This document shows positions 43,352 through 53,430 of a stretch of DNA of 64,000 nt, in pieces. Position numbers and translations under genes: made by a program. Position 1 is the first letter of the stretch, and each line of letters begins with the position of its first letter. The notes under the pieces were generated by a model that made no database searches, was not told the DNA's origin, and was given only the letters and a program-made list of their open reading frames with translations. Origin of the DNA: Thermodesulfobacteriota bacterium (GTDB lineage Bacteria > Desulfobacterota > BSN033 > UBA1163); the NCBI GenBank assembly GCA_026415035.1, contig JAOAHX010000008.1, positions 16,270 through 80,269 of the forward strand, read 5' to 3'.

Positions 43352-44388
43352 TTCTCGGGACAAGGCTCCTCTTCGTCCTAACCTTTTTACCCTTGCTCAC
43401 GGGGTGCGGAAATCTCCTCTACCTTTCTCGATTGGGATGGCATCAGTCCTTTGTCACCTTTCGAAGCCTCCCCGTTGAAGAAGTCCTCGAGGAAGAGGGC
43501 CTCGACGAGGAGGCCCGAGGCAAGGTCCTCCTCATTCAGGAAGTGAAGCGGTTCGGAGAGAGGCGATTGGGACTGAAGGAGACGGGAAACTATACCAAAT
43601 TTTTCGAGGCCAGAGGGCCCATCCTCTTCCTCCTCACGGCGAGCGAGAAAGACCGTCTTCATCCCCATTCGTGGCATTTTCCCATCATCGGAAGGGTGAC
43701 CTACAAGAGCATCTTCACCCTGAAGGCCGCCTTGAAGGAGAAGCGCCTCCTGGAAGGCCGAGGCTTGGACGCCTATCTTCAAGCGGCAGCTGCCTACAGC
43801 ACCCTCGGATGGCTGAAGGACCCCATCTTTTCGACGATGCTCACCTGGGACGTCCCCACCCTGGTCAACGTCATCCTTCACGAGATGGTCCATGCCACGA
43901 TCTATTTCAAAGGCGAGACCGATCTCAACGAAAAGATAGCCACCTTCATCGCCAATCAAGGAACTCTCCAATTCCTTTCCGAGAGATACGGGCCCGATTC
44001 GAGGGAGGTCTCCCTTGCCCTGCAGTATCAAGAAGACGACCTCCTCTTTTCCCGGTGGGTCGAAAAGGCTTACCGGGAGTTATCCGAATTTTACGCTCAA
44101 CCCCTGTCAAGGGAGGAGAAATTGAAGGGACGGGAGGAGATCTTCGAGCGGCTCCGGGAGCAATTTGTCCAATTGCTGGGCCAGTTCAAAACGGACTGTT
44201 ATAGGGGATTCGAGAAGACGGAGTTCAACAACGCCGTGATCCTGGCCCACCGTCGATACGTCGGCCACCTCGAGGGCTTCGAGGAGCTTTACGAGCGATC
44301 GGGGAGAGAGCTGAAAAAGGTCGTGGATTACTTTAAGGAGATCAGGGCGAAGGGCGATTGGAAGGCCCTTTCCCCATTCAAGGAGTGA
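43348..44388 (+). CDS. lipoprotein, predicted zinc aminopeptidase-like (HExxH)
   Basis: Lipobox LTGC. The HEMVH zinc-binding motif fits the COG4324-like predicted-aminopeptidase architecture. The ATGA overlap with the permease stop (43348) fixes the start inside the longer ORF-track call. Confidence 0.6.
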   Translation: MILGTRLLFVLTFLPLLTGCGNLLYLSRLGWHQSFVTFRSLPVEEVLEEEGLDEEARGKVLLIQEVKRFGERRLGLKETGNYTKFFEARGPILFLLTASEKDRLHPHSWHFPIIGRVTYKSIFTLKAALKEKRLLEGRGLDAYLQAAAAYSTLGWLKDPIFSTMLTWDVPTLVNVILHEMVHATIYFKGETDLNEKIATFIANQGTLQFLSERYGPDSREVSLALQYQEDDLLFSRWVEKAYRELSEFYAQPLSREEKLKGREEIFERLREQFVQLLGQFKTDCYRGFEKTEFNNAVILAHRRYVGHLEGFEELYERSGRELKKVVDYFKEIRAKGDWKALSPFKE

Positions 44389-44397
44389 TCCCTCTCG

Positions 44398-45510
44398 TTA
44401 TCTCTCCCGCTTCCCAGCGATGAACTCTTCCACCATCACCTTGGCCTCGTGATCGGGAATCTGGATCGGGGGGTGTTTCATCGCATAGGCCGAGATGGAG
44501 AGGAGGGGGCCGCCGATGCCCCGGTTTCGTGCGATCTTGCAGCAACGGATGGCGTCGATCGTGATCCCGCCGCTGTTGGGAGAATCTTCGACCGAAAGCC
44601 TCAATTCGAGATTCAGGGGGACCTCTCCAAATCCCCTTCCTTCCATCCGGAGAAAGCAGACCTTATTGTCGTTCTGCCAGGGGACGTAATCGGAGGGCCC
44701 GATGTGGATGTTTTCGGGCTCAAGCGGGACGCCGAGTTGAGACTGGATGGCCTCGGTCTTCGAAATCCGCTTGTTCTTCAGACGGCTCCGGTTGAGCATA
44801 TTGAGGAAATCGGTATTCCCCCCCGTGTTGATCTGATAGGTGCGATCCAGCTTCACCCCCCGGTCCTCGAAGAGTTTGGCCAGGGCCCGGTGGATGATGG
44901 TGGCCCCCATCTGAGACTTCACGTCGTCGCCCACGGCGGGGATCCCTTTCTCTTCGAATCGTTTGGCCCACTGAGGATCCGAGACGATGAAACTGGGCAT
45001 GCAGTTGATGAAACTCACGCCCGTATTTAGACAGGCTTCGGCATAGAATTGGGTGGCCTGATCCGAACCGACGGGAAGGTAGTTGAGGAGGATCTCCACA
45101 CCGGACTCCTTGAGGACCTTCTCCACGTTGCAGGGCTTCTCATTGGCCAGGAGGAAGGTTCGGTCTTCCGGATAGTCCTTCATGTGTTCCGAGATGCCAT
45201 CAAGCGGTTCGCCCATGGAGACGGTGACGCCGGAATCGTTGAACTGGGAGAAGAAGATACGGGTGCAGTTGGGTTTGGCGAAGATGGCCTCCCTCAAGGG
45301 TTTTCCCACCTTTCTTCGATCGATGTCGAAGGCCGCCCCCACTTCAATATCCCAAGGCTTGTAACCTCCGAGGTCGAGGTGCATCAGGCCCAAGGGCTCG
45401 AACTTTGGGTTTTTCCGAGAAAGATCTCTATAGAATTCAATCCCCTGAATCAGAGCACTGGCACAGTTTCCAACGCCGACGATGGCAATGCGGATCGAAT
45501 TCTTTTTCAT
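44398..45510 (-). CDS. myo-inositol-1-phosphate synthase (bacterial/archaeal type)
   Basis: IAIVGVGNCASALIQG is the NAD-binding motif. SYTNLA-like and LNYLPVGSDQ regions and overall length fit the MIPS family. Confidence 0.85.
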   Translation of the reverse strand: MKKNSIRIAIVGVGNCASALIQGIEFYRDLSRKNPKFEPLGLMHLDLGGYKPWDIEVGAAFDIDRRKVGKPLREAIFAKPNCTRIFFSQFNDSGVTVSMGEPLDGISEHMKDYPEDRTFLLANEKPCNVEKVLKESGVEILLNYLPVGSDQATQFYAEACLNTGVSFINCMPSFIVSDPQWAKRFEEKGIPAVGDDVKSQMGATIIHRALAKLFEDRGVKLDRTYQINTGGNTDFLNMLNRSRLKNKRISKTEAIQSQLGVPLEPENIHIGPSDYVPWQNDNKVCFLRMEGRGFGEVPLNLELRLSVEDSPNSGGITIDAIRCCKIARNRGIGGPLLSISAYAMKHPPIQIPDHEAKVMVEEFIAGKRER

Positions 45511-45759
45511 AAGTCATCAACCTTTCTGACGAAACCCCATTTTTTACAACTAAACTTACTATCTCATTTCAACCCGGTTGTCAAGGAATTTGGAAAAGGG
45601 CAATTGACTCACATGCAATGTTACTCCATGATATCCCATCGCGATTTTTTTAAGCTATGGAATTTGGCCTGAAACGCCCACTTTTGACAAATCCGATGAG
45701 GTTTGGTACCTTTTTTGTAAGGGAATGATGCTCCATCTGACCCCCGACCTTCATCTCCT

Positions 45760-47088
45760 ATGGGCACAAAACACTCCCCTCACATCCTCCTCCTCAATCC
45801 CTGGATCACCGATTTTGCCGCCTATAATTTCTGGATCAGGCCTTTCGGGCTCCTCTATATCGCAAGCCTCCTCAAGGAGTATGGGTTTAGAGTCACCCTG
45901 GTGGATTGTCTCGAGTACGATCGTCGGGTCAAGAGGTATGGGGATGGGAAATTTTTCAGGTCGAAAATTGCAAAGCCCGATCCACTTCGTTCCATCCCGA
46001 GGCACTATTGCCGGTATGGAATTCCTGAAGAAATGTTGTTGAAAAGACTCTCATCCCTTGAAGGAAGGCCAGACCTTATCGGGATCACTTCTGGGATGAC
46101 CTACTGGTATCCAGGGGTATTTAAACTTATCGAAATCCTAAGGGATATATTTCCTGAGGTCCCGGTGGTTCTCGGTGGAATTTATGCAACCCTCTGCCAC
46201 GATCACGCCCAGAAGCATTCTGGCGCAGATGTCGTGTTGACAAAGGGAGACGATGGGGCAGTGGTGGAAGGGATCTCCCAATTGATCGGTTTTCCGACCC
46301 CGCCCCCTAAAACCGAACCCCGAACCGACCTTTATCCCTCCTTCGACCTCTATCCCCGACACGATTATGTCTGCATCGCCACCTCAAAGGGGTGTCCCTT
46401 CCGGTGCGCCTATTGTGCCTCTCCGATCCTTTCCAAGGAATTCGTCAGACGGGACCCTTTCAAGGTCGTGGACGAGATCGAATATTGGGTCTCCCGGTTT
46501 GGGGTGTTTAACGTGGCGTTTTATGACGATGCCCTGCTGGTCGATTCCAGAAATCATTTCATCCCGATGATGAAGGAGATCATCAGAAGGGAGATCCAGG
46601 TCAATTTTCATACGCCCAATGCCCTTCATATCCGGGAGATCGATGAGGAGGTGGCCAGGCTTCTTTTTCAGGGCGGGTTTAAGACGATCCGGCTGGGCCT
46701 CGAGACGTCGAACGAGGAGGCCCAGATCGAAACAGGAGGGAAGGTAAGCAATCAGGACTTCCGAAGGGCCGTTTACCATCTCCAAAAGGCTGGATACTCG
46801 ACCGATGAGATCGGCGTTTACATCATGGCAGGGTTGCCCGGGCAGAGGGTTGAAGAAGTCACCGAAAGCATTGCCTTCGTCAGGGAGGCAGGAGCAAAGC
46901 CCATTCTCGTGGAATACTCACCCATCCCGGGAACGCCCCTCTTCGAGAAGGCGAAGCGGTTCTCTCCCTACGACATCGAGAAAGAACCTCTCTTCCAGAA
47001 CAACACCCTCTTTCCCTGCCAGTGGGAGGGGTTTACGTTGATGGACTTCAGGCGATTGAAGGAGAAGCTCAGGAGCGGAGAGGCCTGA
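45760..47088 (+). CDS. B12-binding-domain radical SAM protein (class B)
   Basis: N-terminal Rossmann-like cobalamin-binding domain (ILLLNPW...GFRVTLVDC), then CPFRCAYC (CxxxCxxC). Confidence 0.8.
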   Translation: MGTKHSPHILLLNPWITDFAAYNFWIRPFGLLYIASLLKEYGFRVTLVDCLEYDRRVKRYGDGKFFRSKIAKPDPLRSIPRHYCRYGIPEEMLLKRLSSLEGRPDLIGITSGMTYWYPGVFKLIEILRDIFPEVPVVLGGIYATLCHDHAQKHSGADVVLTKGDDGAVVEGISQLIGFPTPPPKTEPRTDLYPSFDLYPRHDYVCIATSKGCPFRCAYCASPILSKEFVRRDPFKVVDEIEYWVSRFGVFNVAFYDDALLVDSRNHFIPMMKEIIRREIQVNFHTPNALHIREIDEEVARLLFQGGFKTIRLGLETSNEEAQIETGGKVSNQDFRRAVYHLQKAGYSTDEIGVYIMAGLPGQRVEEVTESIAFVREAGAKPILVEYSPIPGTPLFEKAKRFSPYDIEKEPLFQNNTLFPCQWEGFTLMDFRRLKEKLRSGEA

Positions 47089-47774
47089 TGAAGCCCCAAG
47101 AGATTGTCCGAGGCATCTATATCGTGGGAGGGCCAGAGATGACCGACGGTCGAGATGGTTGCGTCTATCTCCTTCATCTGGACGAACTGGTCTTGATCGA
47201 TTCGGGCGCTGGCTGGAGCGTGGGGAAGATCATCGAGAACATCGAGAAGTTAGGGTTCGACTCTCGAAACCTTAAAAGGATCCTCCTCACCCACTGCCAT
47301 ATCGATCACATCGGGGGGGCCCCGGAGTTGAGACGACGGTTCGGCTCGAAACTCTACATCCACCGCCTGGACGCCCCTCCCCTCGAAAAGGGAGATCCGA
47401 TTCTTACCGCCGCCACCTGGTATCAGACCTCTTTTCCACCGACGCCCATCGATGTCCAGCTCCGTCTCCCCGAAGAGACCCTCGAGATCGGCGGCGAGAG
47501 GATCGTCTGCCTCCATACGCCGGGCCACACCCCTGGGTCGATCTCCCCCTACATGGATCGGGACGGAAGACGCATCCTCTTCGCACAAGACCTTCATGGC
47601 CCTCTGCTCGAGGAGTTCGGGTCGAGCCTCGCCGAGTGGGATCGTTCAACCCAAAAACTTCTGGAACTGGAGGCCGATATCCTCTGCGAGGGGCATTTCG
47701 GGATCTACAAAACGAAGAAAGAGGTGAGGAACTATATTCTCTCCTACCGGCGGCAGTACGGGGTGGGAGGTTAG
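47088..47774 (+). CDS. MBL-fold metallo-hydrolase
   Basis: THCHIDHIGG (HxHxDH) and a later His (HTPGHTPG). TGATG overlap with the upstream radical SAM gene. Confidence 0.8.
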   Translation: MKPQEIVRGIYIVGGPEMTDGRDGCVYLLHLDELVLIDSGAGWSVGKIIENIEKLGFDSRNLKRILLTHCHIDHIGGAPELRRRFGSKLYIHRLDAPPLEKGDPILTAATWYQTSFPPTPIDVQLRLPEETLEIGGERIVCLHTPGHTPGSISPYMDRDGRRILFAQDLHGPLLEEFGSSLAEWDRSTQKLLELEADILCEGHFGIYKTKKEVRNYILSYRRQYGVGG

Positions 47775-47784
47775 GGGGCTTGCG

Positions 47785-48636
47785 GTGGGATTTTACGACG
47801 CCCATGTCCATTTTTTCTTTGACGGTCCTCTGGAGGACCTAAAAGGGAAGATCAGCCTCCTTAAAGAGGCCGGTTTTGCGGGAATCAACGTCCTGGTGAT
47901 CAGTGAATTTCCTCCGGAAAAGGAGACCTATCTAAAGATGATCCCGGGCGCCTACCATGGTCACGCTACCCCTGACGCTTTCCGACATCAGAAAGACCCC
48001 TTCGAGGCCCTCGGGGTCTTATCCTCTCAAATCGCCATCGTCCCATTCCTGGATGCGCGCTTTATCGGGAAGGATATCGCAGAGACGGTGAAAAGATATT
48101 GGGAAAAAGGGTTTAAGGGCCTCAAACTCCTCTATGTTCCCGAGGAGGATTCGACGTTTCAAATCGGGGGCATGGAGAAGACCTTCGGCCGAACGCTCAA
48201 GGAGTCGGAGGAGATCACCTCCCAGCTCATCGACCAGGCCGATTCTCTGGGATGGCCCGTTCTGATGCATGTCGATTTGCGGCGATACGGAGAATTCGCC
48301 GAATCGATGCTCCGGAGCTATCCCAGGACCCCCTTCAACATCCCCCATTTCGGTTTTTCGCGCAAGGCCATCTCCTCGCTTCTAAAGAGATACCCCAACT
48401 GCTTCACCGATACCTCCTCCTTATTCCCCTATATGGAGCAGGAGCCCGCCGCATACCGGGATTTTATCAAATCCTATCAGGACCGGATCCTCTTCGGAAG
48501 CGATGCCGTCATCGGCGAACCCGAAAAGATGGTCTCTGTCTTGAATTTTATGAAGGGTTTTCTCGAGGACGAGCAGCTCCTCCTTAAAATCGCCCACCGA
48601 AATTACCTCCAATATATGGCCTATAGGGCCGGTTGA
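47785..48636 (+). CDS. amidohydrolase-2/TIM-barrel metal-dependent hydrolase-like protein
   Basis: N-terminal DAHVHFF metal-ligand motif, HVD later, and alternating beta/alpha periodicity. Start codon uncertain. Confidence 0.6.
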   Translation: MGFYDAHVHFFFDGPLEDLKGKISLLKEAGFAGINVLVISEFPPEKETYLKMIPGAYHGHATPDAFRHQKDPFEALGVLSSQIAIVPFLDARFIGKDIAETVKRYWEKGFKGLKLLYVPEEDSTFQIGGMEKTFGRTLKESEEITSQLIDQADSLGWPVLMHVDLRRYGEFAESMLRSYPRTPFNIPHFGFSRKAISSLLKRYPNCFTDTSSLFPYMEQEPAAYRDFIKSYQDRILFGSDAVIGEPEKMVSVLNFMKGFLEDEQLLLKIAHRNYLQYMAYRAG

Positions 48637-48784
48637 ATCGATTGACATCGAAGGGATGATTTTGATAAAGTGAGGGCGTTTCCCCCGGAGGGGAGGATTT
48701 TGAGCACGGGCAAGAAAGGGGGTGAAGGAGAAGGTTTGAAGAGGGACCCATAAAAGGAGGTCGAGAACGCAAGGAGGAACGAAG

Positions 48785-50443
48785 ATGACGGAGAAGATCA
48801 GGAGACACAGCACCTCAGGAGTTGTCGTTTTAACGATTTTGGGCCTTATCATTTATATGTTGTTTGTTCCGATCGAGAGGTCGACCGGGCAGACCAAGCC
48901 GGCGGAGGTGAAGGCAAAGCCCGCCGAGGCCAAACCCGCCGAGAAATCGAAGCCAGCGGTGGCGGCCAAACCCAAACCCAAGGTCCCCCAGCGGCTGATC
49001 ATCGCCCAGGGGACGGATGCCCTCACCATGGACAATCACCACATGATCGATTCTCCCACGATCACCATCGGAGAGCACATGGTGGAGACCCTCCTCGAGC
49101 TGACCACGAAGGGCGAGATCGTGCCCCGGCTTGCGGAAAAGGTCGAGGTCTCCCCGGATGCCACCGAATATACCCTGAAACTGAGAAAGGGCGTCAAATT
49201 CCATGACGGTGTGCCTTTCAATGCGGAGGCCGTAAAAATCAATTTCGACCGGAGGCTCGATCCGAAGGCCGCCACCAAATTCGGCTTTCTCGTCGCGCCG
49301 ATCTCGTCGGTCACAGTGGTGGATGAATATACGGTGAAGATCAAGACCAAAGCCCCCTTCGCGCCGATGTTGAGCAACCTGACCCACGGCACCAACGGCA
49401 TCATCAGCCCGGCCGCGCTGAAGGCCTCGTGGGATAAACCCATCACCAAACCCGTTGGGACGGGTCCTTTCATGTTCAAAGAATGGATTCCCGGGTCGAA
49501 GCTGGTGATGGTCCGAAACGAGAATTACTGGGGAAAGAAGCCCCACCTCGAGGAGGTCGTCTTCCAGGTCATTCCCGACGATGCTGCCAGGGTCGTCGCC
49601 CTCGAGACCGGAGAGGTCCATGTGGCGGTCCGGATCCCGCCTTTCGACATCCCACGCTTGAGGGCCAATCCGAAATTGACGGTGGTCAGCGCGCCCAGCG
49701 TCCGGACCATCTACCTCGGCTTCAATCATCTCAAGGAACCCTTTCACGATAAGAGGGTGAGGCAGGCGCTCAATTATGCGGTGAACAAAGAGGCGATCGT
49801 AAAGCATGTCCTGGGCGGCGTGGGAAGGGTTTCCGATGCGCCGCTAAGTCCGGGGATCTTTGGGTACACCCCGATCAAAACGTACGAGTATAACGTTGAA
49901 AAGGCAAAGGCCCTCCTTGCCGAAGCAGGATATCCCAAGGGGTTTGAAACGACGCTCCACCCGGCGGTCGGGCGGTATTATATGGATGTCTCGGTGGCCA
50001 CGGCCGTGGCCGCTGACCTCCTCAAGGTCGGGGTCAGGGCAGAGATCAAGATGATGGAGTGGGGCACCTACCTCCCCACGATCCTCCGAGAGAAGGAGGT
50101 GGCCGATCATAAGATCTATATGCTGGGATGGGGCTGCGTGACCGGAGATGCCGACTACGGGCTCTATACCCTTTTCCACTCCGGAGAATGGCCCAAAAAA
50201 GGGATGAATGCCTCTTTTTACAAGAACGAGAAGCTCGATCCGATCCTTGACGCCGCCCGAAGCACGGCCAACCCCGAGGAGCGGAAGCGGCTCTACAAAG
50301 AGGCCCTCACCCTCATCCACGAGGACGCCCCCTGGCTCTTCCTTCACAGCGAGGTCCAGATGGTGGGCGTGAGGGCGAACGTGAAAGATTTGATCGTCCA
50401 TCAGACCGAACGGGTGATGGCCCATTCGGCGAGGATAGAATAG
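48785..50443 (+). CDS. ABC transporter substrate-binding protein, family 5 (peptide/nickel type)
   Basis: Signal/TM anchor, Pro/Lys/Ala-rich linker, then the SBP_bac_5 core (AQGTDALTMDNHHMIDS..., KFHDG..., VRNENYWG). Confidence 0.85.
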   Translation: MTEKIRRHSTSGVVVLTILGLIIYMLFVPIERSTGQTKPAEVKAKPAEAKPAEKSKPAVAAKPKPKVPQRLIIAQGTDALTMDNHHMIDSPTITIGEHMVETLLELTTKGEIVPRLAEKVEVSPDATEYTLKLRKGVKFHDGVPFNAEAVKINFDRRLDPKAATKFGFLVAPISSVTVVDEYTVKIKTKAPFAPMLSNLTHGTNGIISPAALKASWDKPITKPVGTGPFMFKEWIPGSKLVMVRNENYWGKKPHLEEVVFQVIPDDAARVVALETGEVHVAVRIPPFDIPRLRANPKLTVVSAPSVRTIYLGFNHLKEPFHDKRVRQALNYAVNKEAIVKHVLGGVGRVSDAPLSPGIFGYTPIKTYEYNVEKAKALLAEAGYPKGFETTLHPAVGRYYMDVSVATAVAADLLKVGVRAEIKMMEWGTYLPTILREKEVADHKIYMLGWGCVTGDADYGLYTLFHSGEWPKKGMNASFYKNEKLDPILDAARSTANPEERKRLYKEALTLIHEDAPWLFLHSEVQMVGVRANVKDLIVHQTERVMAHSARIE

Positions 50444-50473
50444 CCCACTCAGGAAAGTCAAAAGCGGGAAGGG

Positions 50474-50520
50474 GCTGACTTTTCCATGAAAATTTGTTAT
50501 GAGAAGCGTCAGCCCCTTTT
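50474..50520 (+). terminator. intrinsic terminator after the SBP gene
   Basis: GGGGCTGAC, a long loop, GTCAGCCCC, then TTTTTTA. Confidence 0.5.
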
Positions 50521-50551
50521 TTATCCCTCCCGAGGATGACGAACGAGACCG

Positions 50552-51475
50552 ATGAGCGGCCAGTATATCGTCCGAAGACTCCTCATCATGTTACCGGTCC
50601 TCTTTGGAATCTCCGTGATCATCTTCACCATCGTCAGGGTGATCCCGGGGGATCCGGGCTACCTTATGGCTGGTCCTCATGCCACCAAGGAGCAGGTCGA
50701 ACAGATCCGGGCCCAGCTCGGATTGGACCAACACCCGGTGAAGCAATACCTCCTCTTCATTGGAAACATCCTCCAGGGAGACCTTGGGACCTCAAACCGG
50801 ACGGGACTGCCCGTCCTTAAGGAGATTGCCGCTCGCCTACCGAACACCCTCTCCCTGGCCTTTGCCAGTATTCTGGTGGCCACGGTCTTCGGCGTGCTCA
50901 CCGGCATCATCGCCGGCGTGAAGCAGAATTCGAAATTCGATTACCTGAGCATGCTCTTCGCCCTCTTCGGCCTCTCCATGCCCGTCTTCTGGCTCGGTCT
51001 GATGCTCATGCTTCTCTTCTCGATCAAACTGGGATGGTTTCCGGCGGTCGGCGCCGAGAGTTTCAAGCATCTGGTGCTTCCGGCCATCACCTTGGGAGCC
51101 AATTCCACCGCAATCATCGCCAGGATGACCCGATCGAGCATGTTAGAGGTCATCCGGCTCGATTATATTCGGACGGCAAGGGCGAAGGGGTTGACCGAGA
51201 GGAGGGTCATCCTAAGGCATGCCCTGAAGAACGCCCTGATCCCTGTGGTGACGGTGATCGGACTCCAAACCGGGACGCTCCTCGGAGGCGCGGTCCTCAC
51301 CGAGATCGTCTTCGCGTGGCCGGGGATCGGAAGGCTTCTGGTGGAGGCGATCCTCTCCCGGGATTACCCGGTCGTTCAAGGAGTCGTGTTGGTGGTGGCC
51401 ACGATGTTCATCTTTATCAACCTGATCGTCGACATCCTCTACTCCTACCTCGATCCGAGGATCCGATATCATTGA
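50552..51475 (+). CDS. ABC transporter permease (DppB/OppB-like)
   Basis: Six TM segments and the BPD_transp_1 EAA-like loop (RTARAKGLTERRV). Confidence 0.85.
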   Translation: MSGQYIVRRLLIMLPVLFGISVIIFTIVRVIPGDPGYLMAGPHATKEQVEQIRAQLGLDQHPVKQYLLFIGNILQGDLGTSNRTGLPVLKEIAARLPNTLSLAFASILVATVFGVLTGIIAGVKQNSKFDYLSMLFALFGLSMPVFWLGLMLMLLFSIKLGWFPAVGAESFKHLVLPAITLGANSTAIIARMTRSSMLEVIRLDYIRTARAKGLTERRVILRHALKNALIPVVTVIGLQTGTLLGGAVLTEIVFAWPGIGRLLVEAILSRDYPVVQGVVLVVATMFIFINLIVDILYSYLDPRIRYH

Positions 51476-51502
51476 GGGTCGTTTTAGCCAACAGGATCGG
51501 CA

Positions 51503-52387
51503 ATGAAAGAGAACGGTCCACCGATGGAAGCGTTAGAGAGAGAGGAGAGGGGTCGCCTCCGGGAGGTGTTCCGACGCCTCTCGAAGAGCCTAACCGCGAT
51601 GATGGGATTGACGATCGTGGCGGTCTTCCTCCTTTCGGCGCTCTTCGCCCCATGGATTGCTCCGAATGATCCTCTCGAGCATAGCCTCGTCCATAAGCTG
51701 GAAAAACCCTCATGGGCCTACCCTCTCGGAAGGGACGAATTGGGCCGCTGCATCCTCAGCCGGATCATCTATGGAGCCCGAATCTCGCTCCTGATCGGAC
51801 TGATCGTCATTTCGATCGGGATCCTCCTCGGCGTGCCCATCGGGGTGGTCTCGGGCTATTTCGGGGGAAAGGTCGATTTCCTCATCCAGCGTTTCGTCGA
51901 CACGATGCTCGCCTTCCCCGGAATTCTCCTCGCCCTGTTGCTGATCGCCATGCTCGGCGTGGGCCTCCACAATGTCATGATCGCCGTGGGGATCTCCACG
52001 ATTCCCATCTATGCCCGCCTGGCAAGGAGCTCGGTGCTCTCCCTCAAATCGAGACAGTTCGTGGAGGCGGCCCGTTCCATCGGGTCGAGCCATCTGAGGA
52101 TCATCCTCCAGCATCTCGTCCCGAACAGTCTCTCGCCGATCATCGTCCAATCGACGCTCCATATGGCCACGGCCATCTTATGGGCTGCAGGGCTGGGGTT
52201 TTTGGGGCTCGGGGTGAGCCCACCGACTCCGGAGTGGGGGGCCATGCTCAACGGGGGGAGGCTTTATATTCGGGTGGCCTCCCATGTGGCCACCTTTCCA
52301 GGGCTGATGATCTTCATTACGGTCCTCGGTTTTAATCTGTTGGGAGATGGACTGCGGGATGCCCTCGACCCGAGGTTAAAGACCTAA
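51503..52387 (+). CDS. ABC transporter permease (DppC/OppC-like)
   Basis: TM topology and the EAA-like loop (EAARSIGSS). Confidence 0.85.
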   Translation: MKENGPPMEALEREERGRLREVFRRLSKSLTAMMGLTIVAVFLLSALFAPWIAPNDPLEHSLVHKLEKPSWAYPLGRDELGRCILSRIIYGARISLLIGLIVISIGILLGVPIGVVSGYFGGKVDFLIQRFVDTMLAFPGILLALLLIAMLGVGLHNVMIAVGISTIPIYARLARSSVLSLKSRQFVEAARSIGSSHLRIILQHLVPNSLSPIIVQSTLHMATAILWAAGLGFLGLGVSPPTPEWGAMLNGGRLYIRVASHVATFPGLMIFITVLGFNLLGDGLRDALDPRLKT

Positions 52388-52431
52388 AAACCCCTTCGGA
52401 GGGGAGGCCGAAGGTCCGGGGAAAGTGATCA

Positions 52432-53415
52432 TTGAGAGAGATGGGCCTGCTTCAGGTCAAGGATTTAAAAACCTATTTCTATACGGACGCCGGGGTGGTC
52501 AAGGCTGTCGACGGAGTCTCCTATGAGCTGGAGGAAGGGGAGACCCTGGGGCTGGTGGGTGAAAGCGGCTGCGGAAAGAGCGTCAGCGCCCTCTCCATCC
52601 TCCGCCTCATCGCCTATCCTCCGGGGAGAATCATCGGCGGAGAGATTCTCTTCGAAGGCAGAGACCTCCTCAAAATTCGGGAGGACGAGATCCGCCAGAT
52701 CCGGGGCAATCAGATCGCCATGGTCTTTCAGGAGCCGATGACCTCCCTCAATCCCGTTCTCACCATCGGGCTTCAGATCGGAGAGGCCCTTGAACTTCAC
52801 CGAAAGATGAAGAAGAGGGAGGCCAGGGAGGAGAGCCTCCGGCTCCTGAGAATGGTCGGGATTCCCGATCCTGAAAGACGGATCGACGACTACCCCCACC
52901 AGCTGAGCGGGGGGATGCGCCAGAGGGTCATGATCGCCATCGCCTTGAGCTGCAATCCTAAGCTCCTCATCGCCGACGAGCCGACGACCGCGGTCGACGT
53001 GACGATCCAGGCCCAACTTCTGGAGGTGATCAAAGAGCTCACCTCCCGCCTTGGGACAGCGGTCATCCTGATCACCCACAACCTCGGGGTAGTGGCCCGC
53101 TATGTGAATCGAATGGCGGTGATGTACGCGGGAAGGATCGTGGAACAGGGGCGAGCGAGAGACGTCTATGCTCATCCCCGACATCCTTACACCCTCGGCC
53201 TGCTTGCCTCGGTGCCGAGGCTCGATCAGCCGAGAAAGAAACGTCTTGTCCCCATCATGGGACAGCCCCCCAATCTCATCTCCCTGCCGCCGGGATGTTC
53301 CTTTGGGCCGCGGTGTTCCTTTCGAGTTGAGAGATGTCTTCGGGAAAGGCCCGAGCTGAGGCCGGTAGGGGATGGCCATTTCGCCGCCTGCTGGGTCGAT
53401 CTCGATCAGGGATGA
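52432..53415 (+). CDS. ABC transporter ATP-binding protein (DppD/OppD-like)
   Basis: GESGCGKS Walker A, LSGGMRQRV signature, ADEPTTAVD Walker B, and a C-terminal oligopeptide-type extension with Cys pairs. Confidence 0.9.
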   Translation: MREMGLLQVKDLKTYFYTDAGVVKAVDGVSYELEEGETLGLVGESGCGKSVSALSILRLIAYPPGRIIGGEILFEGRDLLKIREDEIRQIRGNQIAMVFQEPMTSLNPVLTIGLQIGEALELHRKMKKREAREESLRLLRMVGIPDPERRIDDYPHQLSGGMRQRVMIAIALSCNPKLLIADEPTTAVDVTIQAQLLEVIKELTSRLGTAVILITHNLGVVARYVNRMAVMYAGRIVEQGRARDVYAHPRHPYTLGLLASVPRLDQPRKKRLVPIMGQPPNLISLPPGCSFGPRCSFRVERCLRERPELRPVGDGHFAACWVDLDQG

Positions 53416-53430
53416 GGAAGGCGGGTAGAG

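Noticed and set aside
41321-43363. 680-aa - strand ORF rich in His/Asp/Gly/Glu
   Set aside because: Fully antisense to the TAXI-TRAP fused permease, which has clear TM periodicity. Low-complexity composition is typical of a GC-rich antisense frame.
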